Below are positions 1 through 14,104 of a stretch of DNA of 64,000 nt, in pieces. The DNA lies in NCBI GenBank assembly GCA_951406725.2, contig OX597821.1:96782001-96846000 (forward strand). The letters are read 5' to 3'. The position numbers were made by a program, and so were the translations under genes. Under the pieces are notes generated by a model, which ran no database searches, was not told the origin of the DNA, and was given only the letters and a program-made list of their open reading frames with translations. The DNA comes from Octopus vulgaris. Lineage: Eukaryota. How positions within the stretch are numbered: the first letter of the stretch is position 1; every line of letters begins with the position of its first letter.

Positions 1-326
1 AGGAGTTTTTTCCATGTCTTCTGTATCTCTTCTCTTTTTCGGTGTGCCTCTTTTTCCAGATTTCTTTCGTTTATTTCTGACATCCAAGGAGGTTGTGGTA
101 GGCTTTCTCTTGTAGATTTTATAATTGTTGGTATCATTTCAGCTAAATTCTTAATTTCAGAGTTTATGTGTTCATTTCCAAGTTTTCCGTCTGTAGACTG
201 TTTTTCTATTTCCTTTAAAATAGAGGATTGTGTGTCAATCATCGTGATGAGTGTTGATAATTTCGATGAAATTTCCATTAGAATTCTTTCGGATTCTGTT
301 AATTTTGTTTGTTGCTTTCCAGACAT
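1..326 (-). mobile_element. Open ORF start running off the window edge; probably the coiled-coil N-terminal region of a Penelope-like element
   Basis: Manual translation from the ATG at 326 gives MSGKQQTKLTESERILMEISSKLSTLITMID...EEIQKTWKKL with no stop to position 1. It resembles the decayed ORF at 39277-39718 next to the Penelope RT/GIY-YIG fragment. Confidence 0.45.
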
Positions 327-951
327 GTTGGCATATACACAATAGGAATATAGATATATATATATATATGGGTGTGTGTGATTGTGTATAGAAGAATATA
401 TTAATAAAAAGAATTCCAACCTTGTCTGATTTTCACGTTTTATTTACAATCTTATAATGATATATTATAAGATAATGTATATATATATACATATATATAC
501 ATATATATATATATTTCTTTACTACCCACAAGGGGCTAAATATACATGCATATATATATACATGCATGTTTATTTGTTTGTGTGTATGGCTAATATGTCT
601 CCATGCGGTCTATATGTATATTAATGGGTATAAGAGCATACAGCTGTGTGAGTGCCCTTGTGTATGTCAATGATTATGTTCATGTGCTTCTATGTAGAAG
701 TATTGTTTTGATTTCACTACTGCTCATTGGCATAGAAAGTATTTCGAGGAGTGGTCAGAAAATGTAATTAAAATTAAGATACATCAGTTAGTATGTGTGG
801 TCTTTGACCTTTGAAATCTATTTGAAAATTACTGTTGCTTAGTCCTATCTCTTGGCTTAATCTTCATATCTTCAGCTGTCTGTTTCCTTTAAAATAATTT
901 CTAATATATTTTATGAATTTTTATATACTTTTCAAAAACTTTTTCTTTATA

Positions 952-1347
952 TCTTTATATATAAAAGAGAAGTTGTGTGTCTGTCTCCTACGATTTAGAT
1001 TCCTAACTACTCCCACATTTTGCGGTACAGTTTAACCAAAACCGGGTATCTTATAGTCGTGATTCATATCGAGCCCTTCTGGGTATTAGCGCGCGTCTAC
1101 GATGAGTCTACGATTTTAAAAACATTTACCATCATTTTTTTCCATTTTAATGCATTTTTTCGCTATTATACAAGGGAAGTAACTCTCTAAAAATGTCTAC
1201 GATGAGTCAACGATTTAAAAAAAAATTACCATAATTTTTTTTCCATTTTTAATGCATTTTTTGGCTATTTTTTGGCTATAACTCTCTAAAAATGCTTATA
1301 TAGTTATTTCCCTTACAAACCCGAGCAACGCCGGGCGATACTGCTAG
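952..1347 (+). mobile_element. Non-autonomous Helitron (family H1)
   Basis: A|TC 5' end, subterminal hairpin CCCGAGCAACGCCGGG, CTAG|T 3' end and no TSD. A near-identical copy lies at 58711-59108. Confidence 0.85.
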
Positions 1348-1664
1348 TTTACTATACCTTACTTTACTTCCTCTCTTTATCTCTTCCTGCATTTTGCTCA
1401 CCTTAAGAGTTTTTCCAGCGCGCTAACGGTCCTGTACCTTAATTGATATGAAACAAAATATCTTTATTTTTATTGACCATACCAAACTACTTTTATGTGG
1501 TCTCAGGCTTACATACATTCTAGATATAAAGAGAAAATTTTGTATGTGCACTTACAATTCAATCATTAGTGTGACCATAATGTTCTGATGATATTATGAG
1601 CTAGTTTTCTTTATCTGAATTGATTTGTGGATATGCAATTGTATTGTATAATGCGCAGCATGCC

Positions 1665-1850
1665 TATTAGCGCAGACACGTAAGCATAATTTTTTATGCA
1701 CAAAATATATTATATGAAAAGGGCTACGAAACGGCCGTGACCTTAAGGATGACAAGTGACTAAATCAATATACTCATCACTCATAACGCCTTATTAAGGT
1801 TTATGTATATATATATAATACACTAATACACACACACAAACACATACGTA
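1665..1850 (+). repeat. Dispersed repeat (second copy ~3862-4050)
   Basis: Both copies share TATTAGCGCA...GAAAAGGGCTRCGAAACGGCCGT...ATGACAAGTG...TTAAGGTTTAT. Confidence 0.7.
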
Positions 1851-1875
1851 TGTATGTCTGTACGTATATACATAT

Positions 1876-2290
1876 TGTTGTTGTTGGCATCCTTTTGTCT
1901 CGGGAGAAAATGGAGTTCCGCATAAACTGATCCAGTCTGGTTTTACATTTCATGTCCTCTCCAGTTTTGCGCAGGCCTTGGAAAGGTGTAAGAAAATCCT
2001 GGGTAGCCCAATCGTCAGGATTCCTCTCTCGACCTTGCTGACGTAGTCCAAAGGAGTGCAGAGCATTACGTTTGGTACCAGCTTGGTTGCAGGAGCTGCC
2101 AGAAGAGTGTCGAGTCGAACACTAAACCACCTACGGGGCTCCACTCCTGATTTCTTTGAAGGTTTTCTCCTTTCCGTAACCCTGGATAGGGGCCCGTACC
2201 GGGTACTGTCAGCCGGAGCCAGCTGAGCTCGGGGCTCGTATCAGGCACAGTCGTCACTCCCTGAAGCAATGAAGAAAATCGCTACCCACT
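1876..2290 (-). mobile_element. RTE-derived non-autonomous retroelement
   Basis: Minus strand has RTE-like 5' sequence (GGAGTGGAGCCCCGTAGGTGG...GGCAGCTCCTGCAACCAAGCTGGTACCAAACG) and an RTE-type 3' end AAGGATGCC followed by (AAC)n. Assignment is from recall. Confidence 0.55.
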
Positions 2291-2323
2291 ACCTACACGT
2301 ATATACATAAATATATATATATG

Positions 2324-2381
<58 letters not shown>

Positions 2382-3222
2382 CATGCATACATCATTAATC
2401 TTCTCTCTTCGCTCCTTTGTGCCACATGGACTCAACTCTCCTCCTCTCTCCCCTCTTTCTCTCATACCTACTTCCTCTCTTCACTCCTACCCACCTTCTC
2501 CCTTCCACCTTCTCCCTTCATCGTAACCCGTCCCTCGTTACCCCACCCCTACACATTCCAGCCCCTCCGTCCCTATACATTCCATCCTACCCCACCTCAT
2601 CCCTTAGACCCCACCCTTGCTTCCCCCACTCTCGCCTCCCTCATATCCCCACACCATCACCACACCACACCACCACACCACACACCACACCACATACCAC
2701 ACTACAAACCGGCACACCACAAACCGCCACACCACACCACACCACCACACCACCCTGCACACCACCCAGCACACCACCCCGCACACACTTGCACTGACAA
2801 CTTTTCAGCACCCACACTATAGCACACACTAGCACTGACCACTTCCCAGCACCTACACCATCATCCACACACCTACACATGCACACACGCACACGTCAAT
2901 ATCACCAGTCCCCTTCCACACGCACATACACGCTCTTACATATACACGCACGCGCAGTTTCGTTTAGGGATCATGACTACTTTATTATCTACCCTTCTTC
3001 CTAGCTCTCTTGTGTGACACCTCTGTCAGGTTTTCGCCATGATAGATCGCTAGCCACTAAACCTTTTTCTATTTTCTCTCCCTGTTTATTTCTGTGTTCC
3101 TTTCTGTCGAAGAGCGTAGGCTCGAAATGTAAAAGACTTTCTCACTTCCCGAGCTTTAAACTAATACATCTGTTTGTTGTTTACACACTCGTCTTTTGTT
3201 TTTTTGTAAATTCTCACTATAA

Positions 3223-3293
<71 letters not shown>

Positions 3294-3371
3294 TGTGTAT
3301 ATATATATATATTAGAAATATTGAATTTTTAAATGTCTCAGAGAGACATAAGCGGTGTTGGAGTGATATAG

Positions 3372-3712
3372 TGGTCGTATACTGTCAACTCAATGTGACA
3401 GTCCCGAAAGGAATTAGACCACCGCCATTTAGCCCCAGAAAACATCGACATCTCCTGTCGGCTTTAACACATTTTCTGTGTCCTTATATTTGCATAGGGG
3501 AGGCAATCACCCCCGCAAGCTGGGACAAGGCACCTGAAACATATGTCTTCAGGTGCCTTGTCCCAGCTTGTGGGGATGATTGCCTCCTCTTTGCAAATAT
3601 AAGGACACAGAAAATGTGTCGAAGCCGACAGGAGACGTCGATGTTTCCTAGGGCTAAATGGCGGTGGTCTAATTCCCTTTCGGGACTGTCACATTGAGTT
3701 GACAGTATACAA

Positions 3713-3715
<3 letters not shown>
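3372..3715. repeat. ~345-bp near-perfect palindrome (foldback)
   Basis: Arms TGGTCGTATACTGTCAACTCAATGTGACAGTCCCGA... and ...TCGGGACTGTCACATTGAGTTGACAGTATACAACCA, centred at ~3543 with almost no spacer. Confidence 0.9.
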
Positions 3716-3789
<74 letters not shown>

Positions 3790-4454
3790 TGAGATAATAT
3801 ATATAATATATAATATATATATGGTATATATTTGAATATGGGTTCTGTGTGTGTGGATGCTTATTAGCGCACGCATCTAAACATAATTTATTATGCACGA
3901 AAACTATCATTATAGGAAAAGGGCTGCGAAACGGCCGTAATCCTAGAAATGACAAGTGGTTACATAAATATATTCATCACGCATATTGCCTGACTTTTTA
4001 AGGTTTATATACATATATAATACATGAATAACACACATACACACACATACGCACGTGTGTATGTATGTATATATATATATAGACCAGCTTTTAATATATA
4101 TACTCTGTAACATGTATCGAATACTGTTTCGAGTATTTTGTAGAAAACGAAAATCTGGTATATATTTGTATATGGGTTCTGTGTATGTGTATGTGCACGC
4201 GCATGTGTTCGTACATAAACTTCTAACATATTTGGCAACTATGCGCATATGTACATACACTCATACACAGACACATGCACGCGTATAATTATAGATATAC
4301 ACCGATGTATGTAATCAGTCAAAAAATGCATTACTGACATGCAACGTGTGTGAGTGCGTTTGTACGTATTTATTAGTAAATTTTGGTTCTCATTGGGTCA
4401 GGTCAGTGACTGTGCGTATGAGTGGATATATGCAAATATGGATGTATTATATAC

Positions 4455-4485
<31 letters not shown>

Positions 4486-5408
4486 TGCTGTATTATACAT
4501 ATACATATATATATATATACCAATATTTATACATATATGCATATATATGCACATTCACATATACATATATTTATATCTATATATACACACACGCACATAT
4601 ATGTATATATATACATATATATATATATACAGCGTATGTGTCTCTGTGTGCGTTTATATATTTTTACAAAGGTATTTACAGCTGCTTATATATATATATA
4701 TACATATATATCTACGTATATGTGTACATACATTCTTGTGTAGAAACACACGCACACGCGCATACACACACGCACATGCATATGAATATGTCTGCGTGTT
4801 CACATATATACATATATATATATATACATAGATATAAATATATACTCCCTATCTGTGCAATCAAGCCAAAATAACATAGTGTCAGATCATATGTATGTGT
4901 GTATAGCGCGTGTATAGCACGTGTATAGCGTGTGTACGTATGTACATCTGTGTATACGCGTGTATGCGTCTGCCCAAATGTATGTGCAAATGTACGCATA
5001 ATCAGTCCAAAACAGCTCAGTGTAAGGTAATTTCCGTTGCACTATTTACCATAACTGGAATCATTACGGGAGATCAGAGACTCTGCGATGATATAAATGA
5101 TAACTTAATATCATGGTTGTCTTTGAGCTTGACAGCAACATACAGCGGTTACGCTTCGTTCCGTGTCTCTAGAATGGTAATTATGTGTATAAATAAGCGT
5201 ATGTATGTGTGTGTGTATTTTGATTAGTGTGTGCGTTTGTGCATGTGCGTGTTTCTCTCTCCACTCTCTCCTCTCTCTTACTCTATCTGTCTCTCTTTGC
5301 TTCCTTTCCTGTGAGTGTGTCTGTATATATGTATATATATATATATATATATTCCTATATATGTGTGAGTGTGTATGTGTGTATATACATGTAAATATAT
5401 GCAAGTGA

Positions 5409-5482
<74 letters not shown>

Positions 5483-8400
5483 ATATATATATGTATGTAT
5501 GTAACTATGTATCTATGCATGTATGCATGCACGTAACCATGTGTGTAGCTATATATATGTGTGTATCTAAATATGTATGCGTATATGTAAATCTCCATAC
5601 AGAAAACGAAGTCAAAATAACAACAGTAGACAATTAATTCTGTATATAAATGAAAACTTAGCCTGTTGTATAATTTTAGAATTAAATGTTCCAAATTAAG
5701 TTGAGAATATGACTTTAGTAATAACAAGACGATAATTTGTGTTTTTATTTTGGGATCCTTAGCAGCTGTAATCTTGTCAAAGCTTCGTAGTTTGTCATCA
5801 AATTTTAACCAACCTATAAATGTCCACTGACTGAAACGGTGATGTGTAATGATAAGTTAGCAACAGAAAATTCGTAAAGTATTATATAGCATATAATTTG
5901 GCTTAGCTAGCCCATGTTTGGGTTTTTCTTGAATCTTGAATTTCCGTTAGATATTCCGCCGATATTTTATTTTGTGCTTGGTGTCTGCTAATTTCTGTGT
6001 TCCTATAAATATAACATACTTTTGTGGGATTTTACTTCACAAAAAGCAATGTCCTTTTATTAGGAAAAAGGTATTGATTTCCCCCACTCACTGACGGTTG
6101 TTATTTCCTGGACCAACTTCAGGGTCCTAGGATACGCGTCTCTTGTGCTGTCGTCTCATATCTCCCAGGAAACGTTTAAGGTTTAACTCTATTGTAGCGG
6201 CACTGAGTAGAGGCTGCAATATACTTTTCGAGCGGAGCCCTTTATCTAAGATCCGAAGGAAAGAAAATGGAACGACTAATGACGGTCGCTTCTGATAGGA
6301 CCCTACGGAAGAGACCCATGGAATTGTGGGCCGGAAAGCTTGATGGATGGATGGATGGGTGGATGAATAGAGTATTGATTTTCCCACTTTGGTACCAGAA
6401 GACTTTAAGAATGGACTTTCATTGATTATATTGATTTTCATTGTTTTGGCTGATATTTAATGCTATTGATCTGATACAGATGTAAGGTAATTAACTCTGG
6501 CGAGATTTGAACTCGGAAATTAAAGGGATGTAACATATTGATCTTTTTATTCTCATTGATATAAGGTTATATATCCTCGGAGAGAGAGAATTATTGCTCC
6601 TTTATTCAACATGACTAATACTTAATCTTATTGACATATCATCCAAGAGAATGAAAGGGAAATCGACCCACCCAAGTGAGGTTTAATCTCAAGATATAAG
6701 ATGATATAACTAAGTACTGAAGGACATTTAGACCACTGCTCTGCGATTTGTGTCCTTTCACTGCTTTTGCAAAGCAGGCCTTTCTTGAGATTTTTTTTTT
6801 TTTAGCTTCAGACAATTTTCGTGGTTATTTATGAATTTTGAGTTCTTCATTGACCTCAGGACCCCTAACACGATACAATCGACCCTAGTGCTCAAATTTA
6901 TCAACGTCAGGATCGACCTCGACAGAATCTTAACTTAATACGCCATATTACGTGACTAAATACTGTAACTAAAAGCATCCCTTTTCTTTCTTAATATTTA
7001 CCACATTAAAGGCATTTCTCCTGATTTTACGTTCTGAGTTCAAATGCTGCCGCGGTTGATTTTTGCCTTTTATCCATTCAAGGTCGATAAAATAAGTACC
7101 AGATGAACACTGGGGGTCAATGTAATTGAATTACTATTTTTCCCCGAAATTGCTGGCCTTGTGCCAAAATTTAAAATCAATATTTACCACGTTTAAGGCG
7201 ACGAGCGGCAGAATCGTTTCGTGCGGCATTTCTTCAGACTTTATGTTCTGAGTTGAAATACCACAGGAGTTGACTTTGTTTTTCCCCTTTTCGGGGTCAA
7301 ATACTGGTGTTGATGAAATCGACTTACTCGCTCCCGTAAAATTGCTGGCCTTGTGTCAAAATTTGAAACCAGTATTTATTACGTTTTGATCAATTTAATT
7401 TTAGAGCACTAACTTTCTCGCCCTTTAGGTTTCTGATGCATGTGCAATGCGTACGTTGATCATTGGACATTACCTTTACCTTAGAAATAAAGGTTCCTAG
7501 TTCCAGCCCAATCTAAACTATCAACATGTCCAGTTATAAGACACCTGTCAATGATCGGAGATAAAATCGTTCATAGTGTAGATATAAATATTGGTTTTGA
7601 AATTTTGGCATAAGACCAGCAGTTATTGGAGAGGGGCCAAGACGATTGCATCGATCCCATTATTCAACTGGTACTATTTTATCGACTCCGAAATGATGAC
7701 AAGCAATGTCCATCTGGTCGGGACGAAATACCGCTGAGCATTTTGCCCGGTGTGCAAACGATTCTGCCTGCTTGAAACCCTGTAGTTGTAAATATGAAAA
7801 AACAAAAATACTTCATCCATAAAAAATTATGGTTAATAGAACAAACTTCATTTATATACGTAACTGATTAATTATATAATGTTGGTGTAAGTTTCCTCAA
7901 GCAGTTTTAAATATTTCTATTTCTAATCAATTACAAAGTCATGAATCTCTCCAGGCGTGTCAGTAAATACATGTATCACTGCAAATTGAAGTAGAGTATA
8001 AAAAGCGTTAAAAATAACAGATGATAAATTACATGACATTCATTACATAGGTCCTAGTTTGTTAATGACCCTCAAGAAAGCTCAAAAAAGACCCACATTA
8101 AAATGCTGCTCTCATATATGGGAGGATGTTGCTACCTTTGCTATACAATACTTGTGAGCATCTATTTTAGCATCTAAAATAAAGCCCTTTATCTGATTGA
8201 CAGGGACTCATTTGCCAACATTCTATAACCATCCGATCCCAGATATGCTGTGTCTTCTGTCTCTTTTATAATATAAAAAATGCTTCTGGCCATCAGAACA
8301 GCAAACTGGGCACCGCTTCTATCTAACCTCACTCAACGCAGCCGTTTCTCAACTCACAGTTGTTCATTATGTTTCTTACTCTAGAAGCCCCAGACTAAAC

Positions 8401-9752
8401 ATTTTAACCCAGAATCGAAATTCTCTGGTGTTCCTTCACTGCTCGCGTTTCCTTCTTACAGAAGTTCAAATTGAGAAGTAATTTCATTGACCTCACCAGC
8501 CTGAGTAGGACTGCAAAGATCTTACGGACTTCTCTTTCTTCTCAAGAGTCATTGCACGTTTATAGCTCGCTTCATTGTCATGTTACCTTACCTTGAGAAG
8601 TTGATTTTCGAGTTCACGCCACAACTGCAGGGACAGAGTTAAAACTAGTATGAGAGTTTCTCTCATGATAAAAACACACTCAAAAATTCCACGTCATCGC
8701 TACTCTTGTCAATTTCATAGAGCCGTATATCCATTGAACTGTAGTAAGTTGATTATATGGAGTAGTAGATATCTAATCAGCTTGCGTGTGATTTCTAACC
8801 CGTCACCAACACTATATTCATAGTTAATAAGTTACAATATTCTAGTTGAATCACCTGTAAACAGATTAAATTGATATCCTCTGCAGAAGAGAGTTTTACC
8901 TTTCGTACATTTGACATCATATAAATAGAGTTAACTAGTCTTTACTTGAACCGTATATAGTTACACGGATCACTTACAGTCACTCTATGCACCAGTTATA
9001 TACAGCTGCCACGTGGATCAGATATACTCCCTATATGAACCGTACCTGCATATAAAAATATATATATAAAAAACACGTACCATGTACACGTGATGACGTC
9101 ATTCATAGCTCGGTGCCGTGTGTTTTCATACAGATTGTCTATAAGGAAAGTTTCTCTCTGAGACAGTGTCTGCAGCGAAGGTGTTTCCATGTCTGTACCT
9201 ATACGAACGTGTTAAACATAATTACAGACAACTTTATTCTAATCATCCCTGCTTAGAGTGCCTCTGATTAATTCATTCAAGCTTGACAAAGCTTTTCACA
9301 TATCAGTGAAGTTAGTATTTGCAGTTTAAGTATAGGAACAGCAATTCTTAGTGGCTTATGAACATCGGATTCAGACTCTGTAGCTGAAAAAAGAAAAAGC
9401 GTATTTTCTTTTTCACACATATTGCCTATTTGGAGAATTTCTTTACCGAGATAGTTTCCCTAGTGAAGGTCTTCTTATTCTTTCTATAATTGCACATGGC
9501 TTATTTTAATCATCGCTGCTTAGAATATCTCTAATTTTTTGTTCGGGGTTCAGATGGCATAGGTAAATGGCATTGTTACGGTCATATGACTGCGGTCATG
9601 TGACTGCGGCCATACTGGAGTACAACTTTTAGTCGAGAAAATGTATTCTTTGTAAGCCTACAACTTATTTTATCGGTGTGTTTTGCCAAACGGCTAAGTT
9701 ACGGGGACGTAAACACAGCATTATCGGTCGTCAAGCGATAGTGAGGGTACAA

Positions 9753-10265
<513 letters not shown>

Positions 10266-10276
10266 TGAGATATGTA

Positions 10277-10565
10277 TGTGAGATAATAGCTTCACTTTAA
10301 TAGTTTCATTATTAATAGTGAAACTGCTAAACTGAAAGTATCTTATATTACAATGGCGATGTTGTGGTTTCACTTTTAACACGTAATACTGAAATAGTGT
10401 AAGAGATAAGAGATTGCTCCGGGCTCGCATTAGGCAAGAAGTTGAAAAGGCATGTGTAGAATTTGAACGAAATCGGTTGAGTAGTTCTCGAGTTTTAGTG
10501 ATGCACACATACAGACAGACAAACAGACAGACACACACACACACACACATTCTCAGTTTTATAGA
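10277..10565 (-). mobile_element. Helitron-like element, 5' portion
   Basis: Minus strand begins TCTATAAAACTGAGAATG(TG)n(TCTG)n...CTCGAGAACTACTCAACCGATTTCG, the 5' architecture typical of non-autonomous rolling-circle elements. Confidence 0.5.
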
Positions 10566-11239
10566 TTATCTAATCCATAGAGTTATCTGATACATAGGAA
10601 TATAATTCATGTATTTATTTTATAACATGTTTCACTTTCACCCCTGTTATATATATATTTATTCATCTTCGCGTCACTTCTTCAACATGAACGATGAAGT
10701 CTGTGCCTTACCTAAAATGTCTGTTAAAACCAAACATATCTGGATTTGTCAGTCATATTTGCCAAACTGATTAAACTAATACTGGCCATTGATGTGCTGT
10801 GCTTTCCTCGTCACCTAAGTATTTCTATCAATATTAATGATGTTCATTGCATTAAGTACTATACTAGTAAATTAACTATATTGTCAGTGACTGACACACA
10901 ATTTGTGGTTGATTAATTTATCAAAGAACGTCAAAAAATAATAAAAAGTAATAGCCATGAGGTTAATAAGTTTGCTATTTTGCCACTACTGTGTAGTGCC
11001 TTCTATTGGTTGACCAATGATTCCCGAGTTAAATTTCTTGAACGGAAACTACAGAGACCCGTTATATATATATATATATAATCAACTCATGTAAGTACAT
11101 TGTCTGGACGTACTGGTAGAAATTGGTGTATCGTGTTACTCTTTACTCTTTTACTCTCTTTTACGCAGTGGGACTGAACCCGGAACCATGTGGTTGGTTA
11201 GCAAGCTACTTACCACACAGCCACTCCTGCGCCTATGTA

Positions 11240-11451
11240 CTCTCTTTTACTTGTTTCAGTCATTTGACTGCGGCCATGCTGGAGTACCGCCTTTTAGTCG
11301 AGCAAATCGACCCCGGGACTTATTCTTTGTAAGCCCAGTACTTATTCTATCGGTCTCTTTTGTCGAACCGCTAAGTGACGGGGACGTAAACACACCAGCA
11401 TCGGTTGTCAAGCAATGCTAGGGAGACAAACACAGACACACAAACACACAT

Positions 11452-11514
<63 letters not shown>

Positions 11515-11679
11515 TACGACAGGCTTCTTTCAGTTTCCGTCTACCAAATCCACTCACAAGGCATTGGTCGGCCCGGGGCTATAGCAGAAGACACTTGCCC
11601 AAGATGCCACGCAGTGGGACTGAACCCGGAACCATGTGGTTGGTAAGCAAGCTACTTACCACACAGCCACTCCTGCGCC
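11240..11679 (-). mobile_element. tRNA-derived SINE family A (internal microsatellite, GTAAAAGA-repeat tail)
   Basis: Pol III A/B-box head GGCGCAGGAGTGGCTGTGTGGTAAG...GGTTCAGTCCC and >=5 full copies in the window. An internally deleted head+tail copy is adjacent at ~11138-11233. Confidence 0.9.
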
Positions 11680-12689
11680 TATGTACTTTTATATCAGAAA
11701 GTTTACTTATCCATTTGGTAAACTGAAATCAATAACATAAGTGGCTGACTTAAATAAGTGCTGGGGCCTATATCAACGTCTAAGACTTTTGAAGCTGGTG
11801 TCTCAACGTTCGCACAGCCCAATGGCAGAAATCAGTAAACAAATAACATAGGAAAAATGGTCCTATATCTTAAACCAGAATCTCCTAGAGCCATTTACAA
11901 AAGCATAAGCAAAATAAGCGAAAATCGAAACTAGGGCATTTTTTCGACTCATCAAACGCTCGCATATCGCTATAGGTTATGGGTGGGTCGTAAATATTTA
12001 TAAATTCCTGTGAATTATTAATTATTCTGGAGTATTAGTCATATGACTGTGTTAAGGTACTTCTAAATGTTAACCTCATTAGACAAAAAACAAACTTTCC
12101 TATAATGTTTTTTTTCTCTCACATTAATATACATAATTTATCTTTCTAAAACCATCCATTTGCTTCGATTTTTATATGTGGTTGATATCTGGGAGCTGAG
12201 CGTGTAATCTTTTCAAATATTTGTTATATATGAAAGGTTCTCCAACCAATGTATTTGTTGATTTGCAAAAGCTTGTTCTTGTATATGTCACTGATGTCAG
12301 AAAACATTATTGATTATATTTAAGCGACAGACGAGTTTTCCGCTTTCTTTTAAAATAATGATTTCTAACAAAGCACAAGACTACATATTTTGACGAGAGG
12401 GAGCATCCATTATATGCATCCCAATTATTCACTAGCACTTTCACCAAACCAACAAGAATATCTCTAAGTGTCTGTTCGATTTTATTGAAATAACAGTTAT
12501 ATCTAATGTATCCTTTAAAATAAGATGCATTATACAATGTAGTCCTAGATAAACTTCCTTGAAAAAGACAAGAAGGTAACGGCTGGAATGTCTTTCTTCA
12601 TCGTGCTTTTCGATCAGGGCAGGCGCCGTTCTTATTCTGTCAATGAAATTGAAAAGATGATTAACCAGCTGTATACTCCCTGGGGCCCT

Positions 12690-13110
12690 TCCAACAGCCA
12701 ATCCGTAACTCAAGGTCCGCCTAGAACTTCCCAATACATACGTCATGCCTCTTTATGTAGAGCCCTTATAACACCAAACGCGATGCTAAGTGTTCAGAGA
12801 AACTATAGTGAACTCGCAGAACATCCTTTTAAAAGCAGATTCAATGAGTATACGTGATTTATCGGATACAGTAATAGAGTCATCACCTATGTCACAAGTT
12901 GTCTGGAAAATAAGGAACAGGGGAATTGAAAACGCCCTTACATCTTGGAGCATGCTAGATATTGCGCCCCTGTACACTAATTAAGAAAAAAGTTATATGT
13001 TATGCTTACAGTAAAACTTTTTCATCCAAACTCGAGAAGTACGGCTACTGAATAAAAAGAACGAAATATTGAGTCTTTGCGACATCTGTATATGTTGGCT
13101 GTACGAGTAT
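12690..13110 (+). mobile_element. Decayed Penelope-like GIY-YIG C-terminus (Naiad-like pattern)
   Basis: Frameshifted translation ...YSELAEHPFKSRFNEYT...MSQVVWKIRNRGI...WSMLDIAPLYTN matches the FK.R...LS..IW.L...W.I...A.PY pattern. A hammerhead-like motif follows at 13432-13469. Confidence 0.55.
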
Positions 13111-13736
13111 AACGCTGTGCTACCTGCTCACCGTACGAGTATAACGCTGTCCTACCTGCTCACCGTGTACTTACAAGGAATAATCGCAATACAAGACATA
13201 ATTGATGGGTAAACAATAAATAGCACTTCTATTCTATCTAATACCCCATACAAAGTAACAGTAAATTATGGAATCAATACTAAAACGTATACACAGTTAA
13301 TGTCCACTCACAAGCAAAAATAAACACCTAACTTATAATGTAAAAGTATAACATAAAAAAGTTCAGTTTCCGAGAATAATGATTGCACCAACCTCATTGG
13401 CCGTAATTACTATAAACACACACCAATTTCACATCATTCAGAAGATGATGCCTTGAAACGTTGATGATGAAAATTTGTGCTCATTATTCTAAACCAACCG
13501 CTGAAAGAAATAACAGAAAAATTTCGATAAAAACATAAGCCTAATATGCAATCATGTTTTCAGCACTATATGCTTGTGTATATAATTGAATTATATATCA
13601 GTGTGTGTATATGCATGTAGTGCGTTTGAGTGAGCATATATGCATATAGGTGTAAATGACTATATTCAACTGATGAAAATGTCACAAGAGTGAGGCCATC
13701 AATGCCATACCCCAGAACATGTGCAATTATTAAATA

Positions 13737-14104
13737 CCAGCAGTATTTCCCGGCATTGCTCGGGTTTGTTTTCTTTTCGACCCTTTAGAATTGAAATTTT
13801 CGAAAAGTAAAAATTTTGCATTATGTAGCTTGTAATTCTCTTTAAGTGAACATTTTTCTGGTTGAAATACACCGAAAAATGACGATACAGCAGTCAAAAT
13901 ATCTTTAAAAGTAGGGATTTTCATAGAAAAAAAGCACCGTTTTGATGTAAATAATTTTTGGTCTTAACATGGTCCGATTTGAATTTTTTCTTCATACTTA
14001 TAATTTTGGTCAACTTGCGCCGCAGAGTCTCGGAGGAGATAGTGTTAGTTGAAGGCTACCAAACCTGCCACACACAGACAACTTCAGCTTTATAAAGAGA
14101 GAGA
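13737..14104 (-). mobile_element. Non-autonomous Helitron (same termini class as H1)
   Basis: Minus strand A|TCTCTCTCTTTATAAAGCTGAAGTTGTCTG...CCCGAGCAATGCCGGG-AAATACTG-CTGG|T. Confidence 0.75.

Noticed and set aside
2417-2892. H/T/P- and V/C/G-rich ORFs on both strands
   Set aside because: They are translations of a (CACAC/CAC)-rich low-complexity tract with no domain signal.
3095-3140. Hammerhead-like GAAGAGC-GTAG-GCTCGAAA
   Set aside because: The CUGANGA core and stems I/III are not intact, so it is too degenerate to call. The same applies to the GAAACGGCCGT motifs near 1728 and 3928.
3014-3697. 227-aa ORF
   Set aside because: It runs through a repeat tail, a (TA)/(TG) microsatellite and a palindrome, so it is a chance open frame.
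13099-13166. Short direct repeats as a possible CRISPR-like array
   Set aside because: This is only a two-copy ~33-bp tandem duplication with no spacers. No repeat-spacer arrays or cas genes occur anywhere in the window.
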